Origin: a virus
Lineage: Duplodnaviria > Caudoviricetes
DNA: 24,577 bases
Direction: 5' to 3' (one strand)
IMG/VR virus record: IMGVR_UViG_3300046063_000066
Location: 1 to 24,577 of that record
In this document: in pieces, positions 8,918-17,209 of the stretch
Layout of the letters: the number at the start of each line of letters is the position of its first letter
Position numbering within the stretch: position 1 is the stretch's first letter
Translations under genes and position numbers: made by a program
The notes under the pieces: model-generated
The model's input: the letters and a program-made list of their open reading frames with translations, nothing else
Database searches by the model: none
Told to the model about the DNA's origin: nothing

Positions 8918-9071
8918 CTACGGACAGTTCTACTACGACACGCTCGAATCGTTCTCGATGACGCCGACCGAATGGGGCGACCTCGCCCCACATGATCGCC
9001 GGTTCTTAGAACAGGCGGCGCTCGAACGGAACCGTCGTCGGACCGAAGAATACGAGGAAACTGAGAGCTAG
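8907..9071 (+). CDS. +1 frameshift extension of the tail assembly chaperone (gpGT-like)
   Basis: The +1 frame after TTT-C reads ASSNYGQFYYDTLESFSMTPTEWGDLAPHDRRFLEQAALERNRRRTEEYEETES* (TAG 9069-9071). TPxEWxxL is characteristic of gpT-like segments. The -1 frame closes after 18 codons. Confidence 0.8.
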   Translation, partial: ASSNYGQFYYDTLESFSMTPTEWGDLAPHDRRFLEQAALERNRRRTEEYEETES

Positions 9072-9289
9072 TCGGCGCTGTTGACGCTTACTTCGTTCGT
9101 GACCTCATTGACGATCTGACTCGGATCGCCGGACAGCGTTGCGATCTTCCAGGTCTTCATGAGCATCACGATCCCGACCGGGAAGCCGATCACCGAGAGC
9201 ATGAACAGCACGGCGAAGCTGAGCCAGATGATCGACGCCCACGGCCCGATACACGCAAACCAGACGAGTCGGACGAGAAAGCTCGCCAT
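9068..9289 (-). CDS. Small membrane protein, YccF-like domain (73 aa)
   Basis: Start ATG at 9289 is TAATG-coupled to the upstream gene. LVWFACIGPWASIIWLSFAVLFMLSVIGFPVG matches the YccF pattern (W..GW....W.........IG.P.G). Confidence 0.75.
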   Translation of the reverse strand: MASFLVRLVWFACIGPWASIIWLSFAVLFMLSVIGFPVGIVMLMKTWKIATLSGDPSQIVNEVTNEVSVNSAD

Positions 9290-9576
9290 TAGACCGCCCC
9301 TCCGGCGGTCCGACTCCGCTTGTAGGTGTAGTAAAGACCGACGAGCGGGAATATCACGGTGCCGGCCGCCCACAGCACGCCCCGCCCGGTCGCGTCGACG
9401 TACACCGCGTACCCGAAGTATAGGAGCGCGACGAGGCCGGCGAGCGCGGCGATCGTCGCGAGTGCCGAGACACCGGCGATGGTCGTCACGGCCTGGACGA
9501 CGGTGAGGCCGATGAACGCGAAACACCCCCGTTTCACGCGGGCGTACGATCCGGCGTCGGGTTCGGATCGGAACAT
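9289..9576 (-). CDS. Small integral membrane protein (95 aa, about 3 TM)
   Basis: Start ATG at 9576, TAATG-coupled. Hydrophobic helices with C-terminal WAAGTVIFPLVGLYYTYKR, a PLDc_N-like pattern. Confidence 0.75.
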   Translation of the reverse strand: MFRSEPDAGSYARVKRGCFAFIGLTVVQAVTTIAGVSALATIAALAGLVALLYFGYAVYVDATGRGVLWAAGTVIFPLVGLYYTYKRSRTAGGAV

Positions 9577-9686
9577 TAGCCGTCCTCCGGTTCGAGCACG
9601 GCGACCTTGACGTCCCGACCGGCGTACTTCGCGCCGAGCGTGATCCGGCCACGGTCGTCCGCCGTTCGTTCGACGATCTGCTTCAT
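9576..9686 (-). CDS. AbrB/SpoVT-like swapped-hairpin DNA-binding microprotein (36 aa; 42 aa if started at 9704)
   Basis: Not in the ORF track. Translates MKQIVERTADDRGRITLGAKYAGRDVKVAVLEPEDG*; D-x-R-G-R-I-T-L is the AbrB-type motif. Its stop overlaps the next start (TAATG). Confidence 0.75.
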   Translation of the reverse strand: MKQIVERTADDRGRITLGAKYAGRDVKVAVLEPEDG

Positions 9687-9745
9687 GGAAACATGTATTT
9701 CCATACCAGTTACTCACTTCCCATTCTGAGTTAAACGTTTCCCAC
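9687..9745 (-). promoter_or_regulatory. Promoter of the antisense cassette
   Basis: AT-richer gap. The minus strand reads GAAACG-TTTAAC (BRE/TATA-like) 25 nt upstream of in-frame ATG 9704. Inverted repeat GGAAA-N6-TTTCC at 9687-9702. Confidence 0.55.
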
Positions 9746-9751
9746 ATCCCG

Positions 9752-12661
9752 ATGTTCGAAGAACTCCAGAGCAGCTTATCGCTCGACTACCGCGGCTTCG
9801 TCAAAGGCGCGAACCGGAGCGCCGACGCCGCCGACGAGGTGGGTGACGAGGCCGCCGACTCGACGGGACAGGTCGCCCGACTCGGCGCGGCGATGCGTGC
9901 GGTGCCGAACACGCTCAAAATCGACGTCAAGCGCGACGGGCTTAGCTTCCGCCGGCTCGCGGGCCGAGTGACCGACCTCGGATCGACGTTTCGGGATCTC
10001 CGATCGGTCCTCCAGACGGGGACCATACCCGCTATCGCCGCGCTCGCCGGCGCAGCCGGGGGGGCTGTCTTCCCGCTCGCCGGACTCGCCGGTGCGGCGG
10101 GGGGCGTCGGAGCCGCGTTCGCGGGCGGGATCTTCGCCGACGCGAACACCGAAGAAAAACTCAAAACGATCAAGAAGTCGGCGAACAAGGCGATTCGCCC
10201 CCTCCGGACGTTTTCGGAGATGAGCTTCGACACCCTTCGTGGGGGGGTGTCCTTTCTCGGCGATCTCGCCGACATGCTCGCGGCGATCGACGAACCGATC
10301 AAGCGGGTCGTGGACTCGTGGGGCGAGACGTTCACCGGCGAGAAGACGGATATTATCAAGAGCCTGCGTGACCTGATCGTCACCTTCCTCCCCGCACTGG
10401 AGGATTTCGGCAATTTCCTCATCAAAAGCGTGGCTCCGGGGCTTCGATTCATTACCAAGGAGGGAAGGAAGAGTCTCCCGGCACTGCGCGATCTCGGCTC
10501 CGCGATCGTCGATAGCCTCGGGCCACTGGGGCGGTTCGTGGGTCTCGTCTTTCGCGAGGTCGGCCCGGCGCTGGCTGATCTCATTCGCTGGGCGACTCGC
10601 GCCGGCGGGGTTCTCGTCGACGTTCTCGGCCCGGCGGTCGGTGATCTCATCGGCGTGGGTCGCAAGGCGAAGAAACCGATCAACGCGATCTGGAAGGCTC
10701 TCGTCGCGTTCGGCCGGAAGGCGAAGCCGGCCGTGAAGTTCGCCGGCAAGCTCGGCGGCGCGTTGTTCGATCTCGCGTCGGCCGCGGTGGGCGTCGGCGA
10801 CCTGAACGACGCGCTCGATCGCGTGTCTCGCCTCGTCAGAAAGGGTATCGGCGGGGCCTGGCAGTGGGTCCGTACCAAGGGCGTGACCCTCGGGAAGAAG
10901 GCCTTCAAACTGCTCGTGCGCGCCGTTTTAGGCGCATGGGACTTCACGAAGAAGGAGGTTCTCCCGCCAGTCACGAAGGCACTCGGCAAGGTGTGGTCCT
11001 GGCTTCGACAGAACGGCGTCTCACTCGGCAAGAAAGCGCTCGGCTTTCTCGTCGACCAGGCGCTTACCGCCTGGGACTTCGTGAAAACGGACGTCTTGCC
11101 GCCCGTGAGTTCTGCCCTTGGCGACGTCTGGTCCTGGCTTCGAACAAAAGGCGTGACTCTCGCGAAGAAGGCGTTGGGGGTCCTCGTTACCCAAGCACTC
11201 ACGGCGTGGGATTTCGTGAAGAAAGACTTCCTCCCGGCGGTCTCGGGGGCGTTAGGCGACGTGTGGTCCTGGGTCCGAACGAAGGGTGTCACGCTCGCAA
11301 TCCAAGCCTTCGACTTCCTCGTTCAGCGACTCGTCGAATCGTGGGAGTTTACGAAGGAGAAAATCCTTCCAAAGGTTAAAACTGCCTTAGAGGGCGTCTG
11401 GCAGTGGGTACGAAACGAGGGCGTCACGCTCGGAAAGCAAGCACTCAGTTTTCTGGCGACTCAGGCCGCGACAGCACTGGATACGTTCAAGCAGGACATC
11501 CTACCGAAGATCAAGACCGGCATCGACGGGGTGGTGACCTGGATCAAAAATCCGGGCCTCTCGCTATTTCAGGAGGGTTTCCGAACGATCGGTCGGAACA
11601 TCGGTCCAGCGATCGTGTTTATCATGGACACGGTCGTCGAATTGTTCAGACGAGGCATCCCGCGAATCCGAGACTTTCTGGCAAACAACGGCGTCAGTAT
11701 CGTTAAAGCCGGATTCAAGGCGATCGGCACGGGGATCCGCCAGTTGATCCTCACGATGTTCGCTATCGGCGGCGCGATCGGCAGCGCGGTCAAGTCCACG
11801 CTACAGGGGATCGCCGACTGGTATTCGAGCGGCGGGAAGGAACAGCTCAAACAGTCCTTTATCGACATCGTTACCGGAATCGTCAGTTACTTTAAGAATC
11901 AAGCCTACAGCGATTTGAAAGGCGCTGCGGAGTTCTTATTCGACGCGATAATCGCCGCCGCTGAGGGGCTCTACAAGGGGCTGATCGGCGAGAGTTTGAT
12001 CCCCGAGATGATGAACGACATCGCGGACTTTATTCGGACCTTCGACCTCGCGTCGGCGGCGAAGACCCTGCTCGATACCGTGGTCACCAAATTCGAGGAC
12101 TTCGTATCCTCGATCATCGGCAACGAGGACTCGATCGTCAAATCACTCATTTCTGACATCAAGTCATATATAGAAACTGGAGCGAAGAGCGACATCAAGG
12201 GCGCGTTCGAGACGCTGGGGTCGGCGATTTCCGAGGCAATGGGCAACGCTGCCGACGCGGCGATCACGAGCTTCAACGAGACGATGCCCGACTCGATCTC
12301 GGTGCCCGAAGTGACCTTCGGCGGCGGGGGGATCAACCTGCCCTCGACGACGATCGCCGGCCAACAGGTCGGCGGCGGGGTGCTGCGAATCCCGCAGGCG
12401 ACCGTCGGCGGCCAGTCCCTCCAGATCCCCCAACTCGACACGGGGGGGCTGATCGAGGAGGCGGGCCTCGCGATGCTCCATGCCGGCGAGCAGGTCGTTC
12501 CCGCCGCGGACGTCGATCGAAGCGGCGGTGGCGAGGGCGGGACGACCGTGACCTTCGAACGCAACTCGATCGTCATCAACGCCGATTCCGACGCCGACGG
12601 CCGCGAACTCGGTCGCGAGTTCGCCGACGAACTGAGCGCGGAACTCAACACGTCGCTCTAA
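9752..12661 (+). CDS. Tail tape measure protein
   Basis: 969 aa helical A/G/L/K-rich protein with periodic Trp/Phe and C-terminal LDTGG...AMLHAGEQVVPA motif. Confidence 0.93.
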   Translation: MFEELQSSLSLDYRGFVKGANRSADAADEVGDEAADSTGQVARLGAAMRAVPNTLKIDVKRDGLSFRRLAGRVTDLGSTFRDLRSVLQTGTIPAIAALAGAAGGAVFPLAGLAGAAGGVGAAFAGGIFADANTEEKLKTIKKSANKAIRPLRTFSEMSFDTLRGGVSFLGDLADMLAAIDEPIKRVVDSWGETFTGEKTDIIKSLRDLIVTFLPALEDFGNFLIKSVAPGLRFITKEGRKSLPALRDLGSAIVDSLGPLGRFVGLVFREVGPALADLIRWATRAGGVLVDVLGPAVGDLIGVGRKAKKPINAIWKALVAFGRKAKPAVKFAGKLGGALFDLASAAVGVGDLNDALDRVSRLVRKGIGGAWQWVRTKGVTLGKKAFKLLVRAVLGAWDFTKKEVLPPVTKALGKVWSWLRQNGVSLGKKALGFLVDQALTAWDFVKTDVLPPVSSALGDVWSWLRTKGVTLAKKALGVLVTQALTAWDFVKKDFLPAVSGALGDVWSWVRTKGVTLAIQAFDFLVQRLVESWEFTKEKILPKVKTALEGVWQWVRNEGVTLGKQALSFLATQAATALDTFKQDILPKIKTGIDGVVTWIKNPGLSLFQEGFRTIGRNIGPAIVFIMDTVVELFRRGIPRIRDFLANNGVSIVKAGFKAIGTGIRQLILTMFAIGGAIGSAVKSTLQGIADWYSSGGKEQLKQSFIDIVTGIVSYFKNQAYSDLKGAAEFLFDAIIAAAEGLYKGLIGESLIPEMMNDIADFIRTFDLASAAKTLLDTVVTKFEDFVSSIIGNEDSIVKSLISDIKSYIETGAKSDIKGAFETLGSAISEAMGNAADAAITSFNETMPDSISVPEVTFGGGGINLPSTTIAGQQVGGGVLRIPQATVGGQSLQIPQLDTGGLIEEAGLAMLHAGEQVVPAADVDRSGGGEGGTTVTFERNSIVINADSDADGRELGREFADELSAELNTSL
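10859..11533 (+). repeat. Five tandem 135-bp (45-aa) repeats inside the tape measure gene
   Basis: W(Q/S)W(V/L)R starts at 10859, 10994, 11129, 11264 and 11399, an exact 135-nt period. Confidence 0.9.
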
Positions 12662-12704
12662 TCACATGACCGAACACACGAACCGCATGACAGGAGACAC
12701 GTAG

Positions 12705-13676
12705 ATGGGCTACTTCGAAGATCGCTTAGACATCCCGGTCGCCGAGTCGGGCGAAGACGTCGCGTACGGCACGCCCGACCCCAACGCGGAAAACCCCGAC
12801 GTCAACTGGTTGTATTCGGCACAGCAGGTTGCCGCGCTCGTCGACGCCAACATGGGGAAGGTCGGCCCGCTCGCCGATCGGCCGGCCGCCGGTCCCGACG
12901 CGCCGATGCTCTGGTTTACGACCGATACGTCGCCGCCTCGGTGGACCGTCAATCTCGGCGACCAGTGGGACGTCGCTGGCGAGAGCACGGATGCGTCCTC
13001 GCTCGACGGTAAGGGGCCCTCGAAGTACGTTCAGACCGACGCCGCCCCCGAGCCGATCTCGGTCTTTCACGAGTACACGGCGGCGGGCGGGGTTCGGTTC
13101 GGCGACGACGCCGATTCGTCGATCGAGTTCTCCTACGATCAGGTGAACAACGAGTTGGACATCGTTGATACGCTCAACAACGACCGGCTCCTCCGGCTGT
13201 TCGCCCGATCGGGCGGAACGACGGCGGAGTTCGGCGCGGGGGGCGGCCCGCATACGTTTCGTTTCGGCAACAATGACCCGGATTGGCTCGGTCTCGTCTA
13301 CCGGGTGTCGCCCGATACGCTCAACGTCGAGGACGAGAGCGAGAACGAACTGCTCGTCGTCGATCGCGACGGGTCGCTCGACGTGAACTTTCAGCTCGAC
13401 GTCGGCGGGAAGTTAGACGTCCGGGGAACGGGCGGGATCAACGTGACGAGCGGCGGGATCGACGTGAACGACGGGATCGACGCCGACGGCGACCTCGATC
13501 TGAACGACAACGAGGCCAAGAACTTCCGCATCGAAAACCGCCAGTCCGACCCCGCAAATGCCGCGACGGGCAGAATCTGGTACAGGACGGACATAGTTGT
13601 CTATTTGGTGCTTATGACGGTAGCGATAGCGTTATCTCACTTACCTTCCTATGCCATATATGGCCTATTCGCGTGA
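12705..13676 (+). CDS. Tail fibre-like protein; C-terminus altered by endonuclease insertion
   Basis: Contains GPLADRPAA, DASSLDG (DAD.LDG fibre motif), G/D/V beta repeats and terminal SDPANAATGRIWYRTD. A 27-aa hydrophobic tail follows, encoded by the AT-rich insert. Confidence 0.7.
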   Translation: MGYFEDRLDIPVAESGEDVAYGTPDPNAENPDVNWLYSAQQVAALVDANMGKVGPLADRPAAGPDAPMLWFTTDTSPPRWTVNLGDQWDVAGESTDASSLDGKGPSKYVQTDAAPEPISVFHEYTAAGGVRFGDDADSSIEFSYDQVNNELDIVDTLNNDRLLRLFARSGGTTAEFGAGGGPHTFRFGNNDPDWLGLVYRVSPDTLNVEDESENELLVVDRDGSLDVNFQLDVGGKLDVRGTGGINVTSGGIDVNDGIDADGDLDLNDNEAKNFRIENRQSDPANAATGRIWYRTDIVVYLVLMTVAIALSHLPSYAIYGLFA

Positions 13677-14661
13677 GGAATGTCTTTCCTCGCTTAAAAA
13701 GGCGGCCGATCAGTTGGGTCACTCGCCATCGACGAACGAGTACGAATCGCTACGGATCAACCCCAAATCTGCTGATACAATCGCCAAGGCCTGCGGGTCG
13801 TGGAACGAGGCAAAACGGAAAGCCGGACTTTCGGTCGGTGCTATCCAGAACCCCACCGAATCGGACTGTATTCGTGGGCTCGAACGGGCACGGGACATAC
13901 TTGGCCACGAACCTGCCTACCACGAATACGTCGCGCTCGACGTTCTCCCCTGTGCCATGACGATCGAGGACGTCTGCGGGTCGTGGAACGAGGCGAAAGA
14001 ACGCGCTGGCTTTGAGACCGTTGAGCAACACGCGACGCTTCGCACTGTCGATGAACGCTACTTCGAGTCCGTCGATACGGCCGAGACGGCCTACTGGCTT
14101 GGGTTCCTATTCGGCGACGGGAGCATCGTCGATGGCGGGTATCGACATATGCTTCATCTCGAACTACAGCGCCGGGACGGTCATCACGTCCGGCGGTTTG
14201 CCCGCGCGGTCGAAAGCGATTACAAGATCGCCGATCTCGACCGGCACGTCGAAACGACCTCGATTCGAATCACGAATCAACGGTTTATCGACCATCTGAT
14301 CGGTGCCGGGTTGACTCCGGACAAAAACTCGGTTCCGCCCGTCGATCCGCACTTTCGTCCCGCTTTCATTCGCGGACTGTTCGACGCTGACGGGTCGTTC
14401 CCGGAGTCTTACGTGAACATCAGTTCGACGAAACAGCATCATCTAAAAACTATCGCCGAGTGGTACACCGATCTCGGAATAGAAGGGACTCACTATGAAT
14501 ATGAGCGCAAACCAGGAGCGGCGGGCAGCGACTATTTCCAACTCAATGTGTTCGGCCGGCCAGGCATCGCGGCCGCGTGGGGCGTGCTATGGCCTGACGG
14601 CACCGACACCGATCCGTGTCTTGCACGAAAGGCGAACCGGATCGACGCATACCTCGACTGA
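13651..14661 (+). CDS. LAGLIDADG homing endonuclease with two N-terminal homing-endonuclease-associated repeats
   Basis: Two LAGLIDADG helices (AYWLGFLFGDGS, FIRGLFDADGS) and two repeats ending GSWNEAK..AG(L/F). Lower GC than flanks. Start may be ATG 13660. Confidence 0.9.
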   Translation: MPYMAYSREECLSSLKKAADQLGHSPSTNEYESLRINPKSADTIAKACGSWNEAKRKAGLSVGAIQNPTESDCIRGLERARDILGHEPAYHEYVALDVLPCAMTIEDVCGSWNEAKERAGFETVEQHATLRTVDERYFESVDTAETAYWLGFLFGDGSIVDGGYRHMLHLELQRRDGHHVRRFARAVESDYKIADLDRHVETTSIRITNQRFIDHLIGAGLTPDKNSVPPVDPHFRPAFIRGLFDADGSFPESYVNISSTKQHHLKTIAEWYTDLGIEGTHYEYERKPGAAGSDYFQLNVFGRPGIAAAWGVLWPDGTDTDPCLARKANRIDAYLD

Positions 14662-14683
14662 AAGGAGCGATCTCTAATACCCA

Positions 14684-15577
14684 ATGGTCGAACAGATCGG
14701 CGCTTTCAAGGGCGGCTTCACTGAGGAGGCCGACAAGAGTACGATCCCCGTCTACGACGGCAAGCACGTCGACGCGACGGCTTTTCGCGTCCAGACACCC
14801 CAGGGGCCGGGCGTGATCGCAACCGCCGATCCCGACGAAGCGGAAAACCCCCGCTTGCGAATCGAGACTGACACGGGGACGGAAGCGGTCAACTACTCGA
14901 CGATCGACTTTCCGCTCGTTTGGGAGGACTTCGAGTTCGGGCTCGATGACTACGTTGAACCCGGGTACTACGGGGGCGACCAGGACATCGACGGGTTCGT
15001 TGTCGAGGACGACATCGAGGATTCGAGCCTCAAGTGTCTCCGGTCGGACTACGATACGAGCAATTTCTCCGACCCGAACGATACGTTTCACGTCGAAATA
15101 TACACACAGAAAACAGACCCTTTCTACACGCCCGCCCCGGGGAAGATATGGTCGTTCGACTTTCGCTTTTCCGAAGCGAACAGCGCATCGACCGCCATCC
15201 ACACCTTTGGGTCGCCGAACAACGACGTCGTTGTAGGGTATTACTTCGAAGCCGACACGGAGAACGATCAAATCCTCCTTGCAAACATTCCGAAGTACAC
15301 CGACCGCCGCACACGGAAATATAGTATACTCCCGTTTTTCAACGAGTCGTTCAACTGGCAAAACAATACGTACTACCGCGCGAAGCTCTACTGGACGCTC
15401 AATTACCGGTTCGGACTACGGCTCTATACCGGCTCGAATTTCAACAATCTCGTATTCGAGAACATGGGCAACTATCGAATCGACGTCCGCCGTCACCGTG
15501 GGACCGGCTTCGGGTGGGCCGCCAAACGCGAAGTTCGGTTTCGTGAGTTGTTCCAGCGCGACGAGTACCTGCCCTAA
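14684..15577 (+). CDS. Tail-associated protein: about 70-aa N-terminal adaptor plus aromatic beta-sandwich (lectin-like?) domain
   Basis: N-terminal IPVYD...FRVQTPQG...LRIETDTG module, then an F/Y/W/N-rich domain with lower GC. Confidence 0.55.
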   Translation: MVEQIGAFKGGFTEEADKSTIPVYDGKHVDATAFRVQTPQGPGVIATADPDEAENPRLRIETDTGTEAVNYSTIDFPLVWEDFEFGLDDYVEPGYYGGDQDIDGFVVEDDIEDSSLKCLRSDYDTSNFSDPNDTFHVEIYTQKTDPFYTPAPGKIWSFDFRFSEANSASTAIHTFGSPNNDVVVGYYFEADTENDQILLANIPKYTDRRTRKYSILPFFNESFNWQNNTYYRAKLYWTLNYRFGLRLYTGSNFNNLVFENMGNYRIDVRRHRGTGFGWAAKREVRFRELFQRDEYLP

Positions 15578-15585
15578 CTCCCCTT

Positions 15586-17199
15586 ATGAGCATCCAGACC
15601 ACCCCAGGCTCCGACGGCCCGCTGATACTCGACAACCACGCGGTTCGGCTTCTCGTCGACCGAGCACCGACCCACGGCGACGTCGACTTCGAAGTCGACC
15701 CCGCGCATATCGGCCCCTTTTCCGCGACCTTCCGGGCGGGCAAACCCGCTTCGACTGGCGAGATCACGCTCGAAGCCGAAGCCGACGACCCGAACCGCTA
15801 CGCGAGCGCGTCGAGCGAATACGCGATCGCGCGGGACGACCGCCTGTTGCTCGAATACCGTCTCACCGACGACGGCCCGGTCGGCGCTGGCGAGGGCGCG
15901 GCCGGCGGCGGCCCGGCGGGCGACTGGCATACCCTCGGCGACTGGCTCGTCGACTCCCAACCGAAGATCGAGACCGGCGGAAAGGGCTCACGGCCCACAG
16001 TATCGCTCTCGCTCGTCGATTACGTCTGGGGGATCCTCCGGATGCGAAACGCCTTCTACGGCGCGGAAGACGAACCGATCGCCGGCGGAACGGCCGACGG
16101 CGACGGGGAGGAATCGCACCTGAACAGTATCCTCGACAGGCACTGCCCGGAGATCGACCGTTCTTCGATCGCGACGATCGCCGCGACGACGGACTACACG
16201 AGCCACGGCCTGAAATGCGACCGCGTGGTCGAGGACCTCGCCGCCGACGCCGCGAGCGCTGTCGGCGGGATCCAGTATTTCTCCCGGGGGCGACGCTTGT
16301 TCTTCGAGCCGACGACCCGGTTGCCGAGACCGTTCGCCGACGAGTCCGATCCGTTCGGCCCCGCGGACGTCGCGAACGGCGCGTCGAGTCAGGGCGACGG
16401 CTCGCTCGTGAACGTCGTCCGGGTCGACGGCGGGATCGACGTCGAGAACGTCGGCGATAGCCAAGAAAAGGTCGATCGCGTGGTTCGAGCGAACGCGAAC
16501 GAGCGCCAAATCACGCGGGTACAGATCGCGAAAACTCAGGTCCCGGCCGTCGAGGTCTATACCCGGGGCGATGCCGAGAGCGAGGACGGCCTCCGCGTGC
16601 GGCTCCAGCCGTCGAACAGCGCGGGCATCGGGCCGATCGATCCCGACAATACGGACGCCGATTACGTCACGAGTCGGGTTCGGAAAGTCGCGCTCGACGA
16701 CGACGGCTTTACTCGCTTCCGGCTGGCAACCCAATCGGAGACCCAGATCAACGCGACCGAAGCGTGGCTCATCATCGATTCGGAGGGTCCGGAGGGCTAT
16801 CAGATCGGTGTGCGGGACAACGGCGATGGGAGCTATACGCCCGCCTATCGGATCCACTTCGCGAAGCCGATCATCGACGTCCGGCCCGACGCGAAGAGTC
16901 TCTCGCGGCACCTCCGGCATGAAAAACACGTCCAGGACGACGGGCTGGGGACCGAAGCGGCGGTCGAAGCCCGCTCGAAACGCGAGCTCGCGAAGGCGGC
17001 GTCGAACGCCCGTATCCTGAGTCCCGGCACGGCGTTTTCGCGCCGAGCCCACGAACTCAGGGTCGGCGACCTCGTGCCCGTCTATTGGCCCGAACACCGG
17101 GCGGTCGGGGACATGATGGTTCGCGAACGGACGATCTCGGGGAGCGGGCTGACCGTGAACACCGAGTTAGAGCTCATCGGCACCGGGGCGCTCGCGTGA
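15586..17199 (+). CDS. Tail tip / baseplate hub-like protein
   Basis: 537 aa beta-rich protein with LVNVVRVDGG and C-terminal ELRVGDLV motifs typical of hub/Tal proteins; located downstream of the tape measure gene. Confidence 0.65.
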   Translation: MSIQTTPGSDGPLILDNHAVRLLVDRAPTHGDVDFEVDPAHIGPFSATFRAGKPASTGEITLEAEADDPNRYASASSEYAIARDDRLLLEYRLTDDGPVGAGEGAAGGGPAGDWHTLGDWLVDSQPKIETGGKGSRPTVSLSLVDYVWGILRMRNAFYGAEDEPIAGGTADGDGEESHLNSILDRHCPEIDRSSIATIAATTDYTSHGLKCDRVVEDLAADAASAVGGIQYFSRGRRLFFEPTTRLPRPFADESDPFGPADVANGASSQGDGSLVNVVRVDGGIDVENVGDSQEKVDRVVRANANERQITRVQIAKTQVPAVEVYTRGDAESEDGLRVRLQPSNSAGIGPIDPDNTDADYVTSRVRKVALDDDGFTRFRLATQSETQINATEAWLIIDSEGPEGYQIGVRDNGDGSYTPAYRIHFAKPIIDVRPDAKSLSRHLRHEKHVQDDGLGTEAAVEARSKRELAKAASNARILSPGTAFSRRAHELRVGDLVPVYWPEHRAVGDMMVRERTISGSGLTVNTELELIGTGALA

Positions 17200-17209
17200 G
17201 GGCCCACAA

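Noticed and set aside
9787-11292. 501-aa minus-strand ORF with repeats
   Set aside because: Shadow of the tape measure gene; its repeats mirror the 135-bp units.
13651-14661. Endonuclease as part of an intein
   Set aside because: Separate frame with its own start and stop; no N-terminal C/S splice block or terminal HN.
13570-14680. Canonical bulge-helix-bulge at the endonuclease junctions
   Set aside because: Only a weak TAGTTG/CGACTG pairing was found and the central 4-bp helix could not be built, so intron status is left as a hypothesis.
15040-15500. AAC/TAC-rich segment suggesting a diversity-generating retroelement
   Set aside because: No reverse transcriptase and no template/variable repeat pair seen in the window.
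15279-16460. 393-aa alternative-frame ORF
   Set aside because: Arg/Pro-rich off-frame shadow of the acidic 15586 gene.
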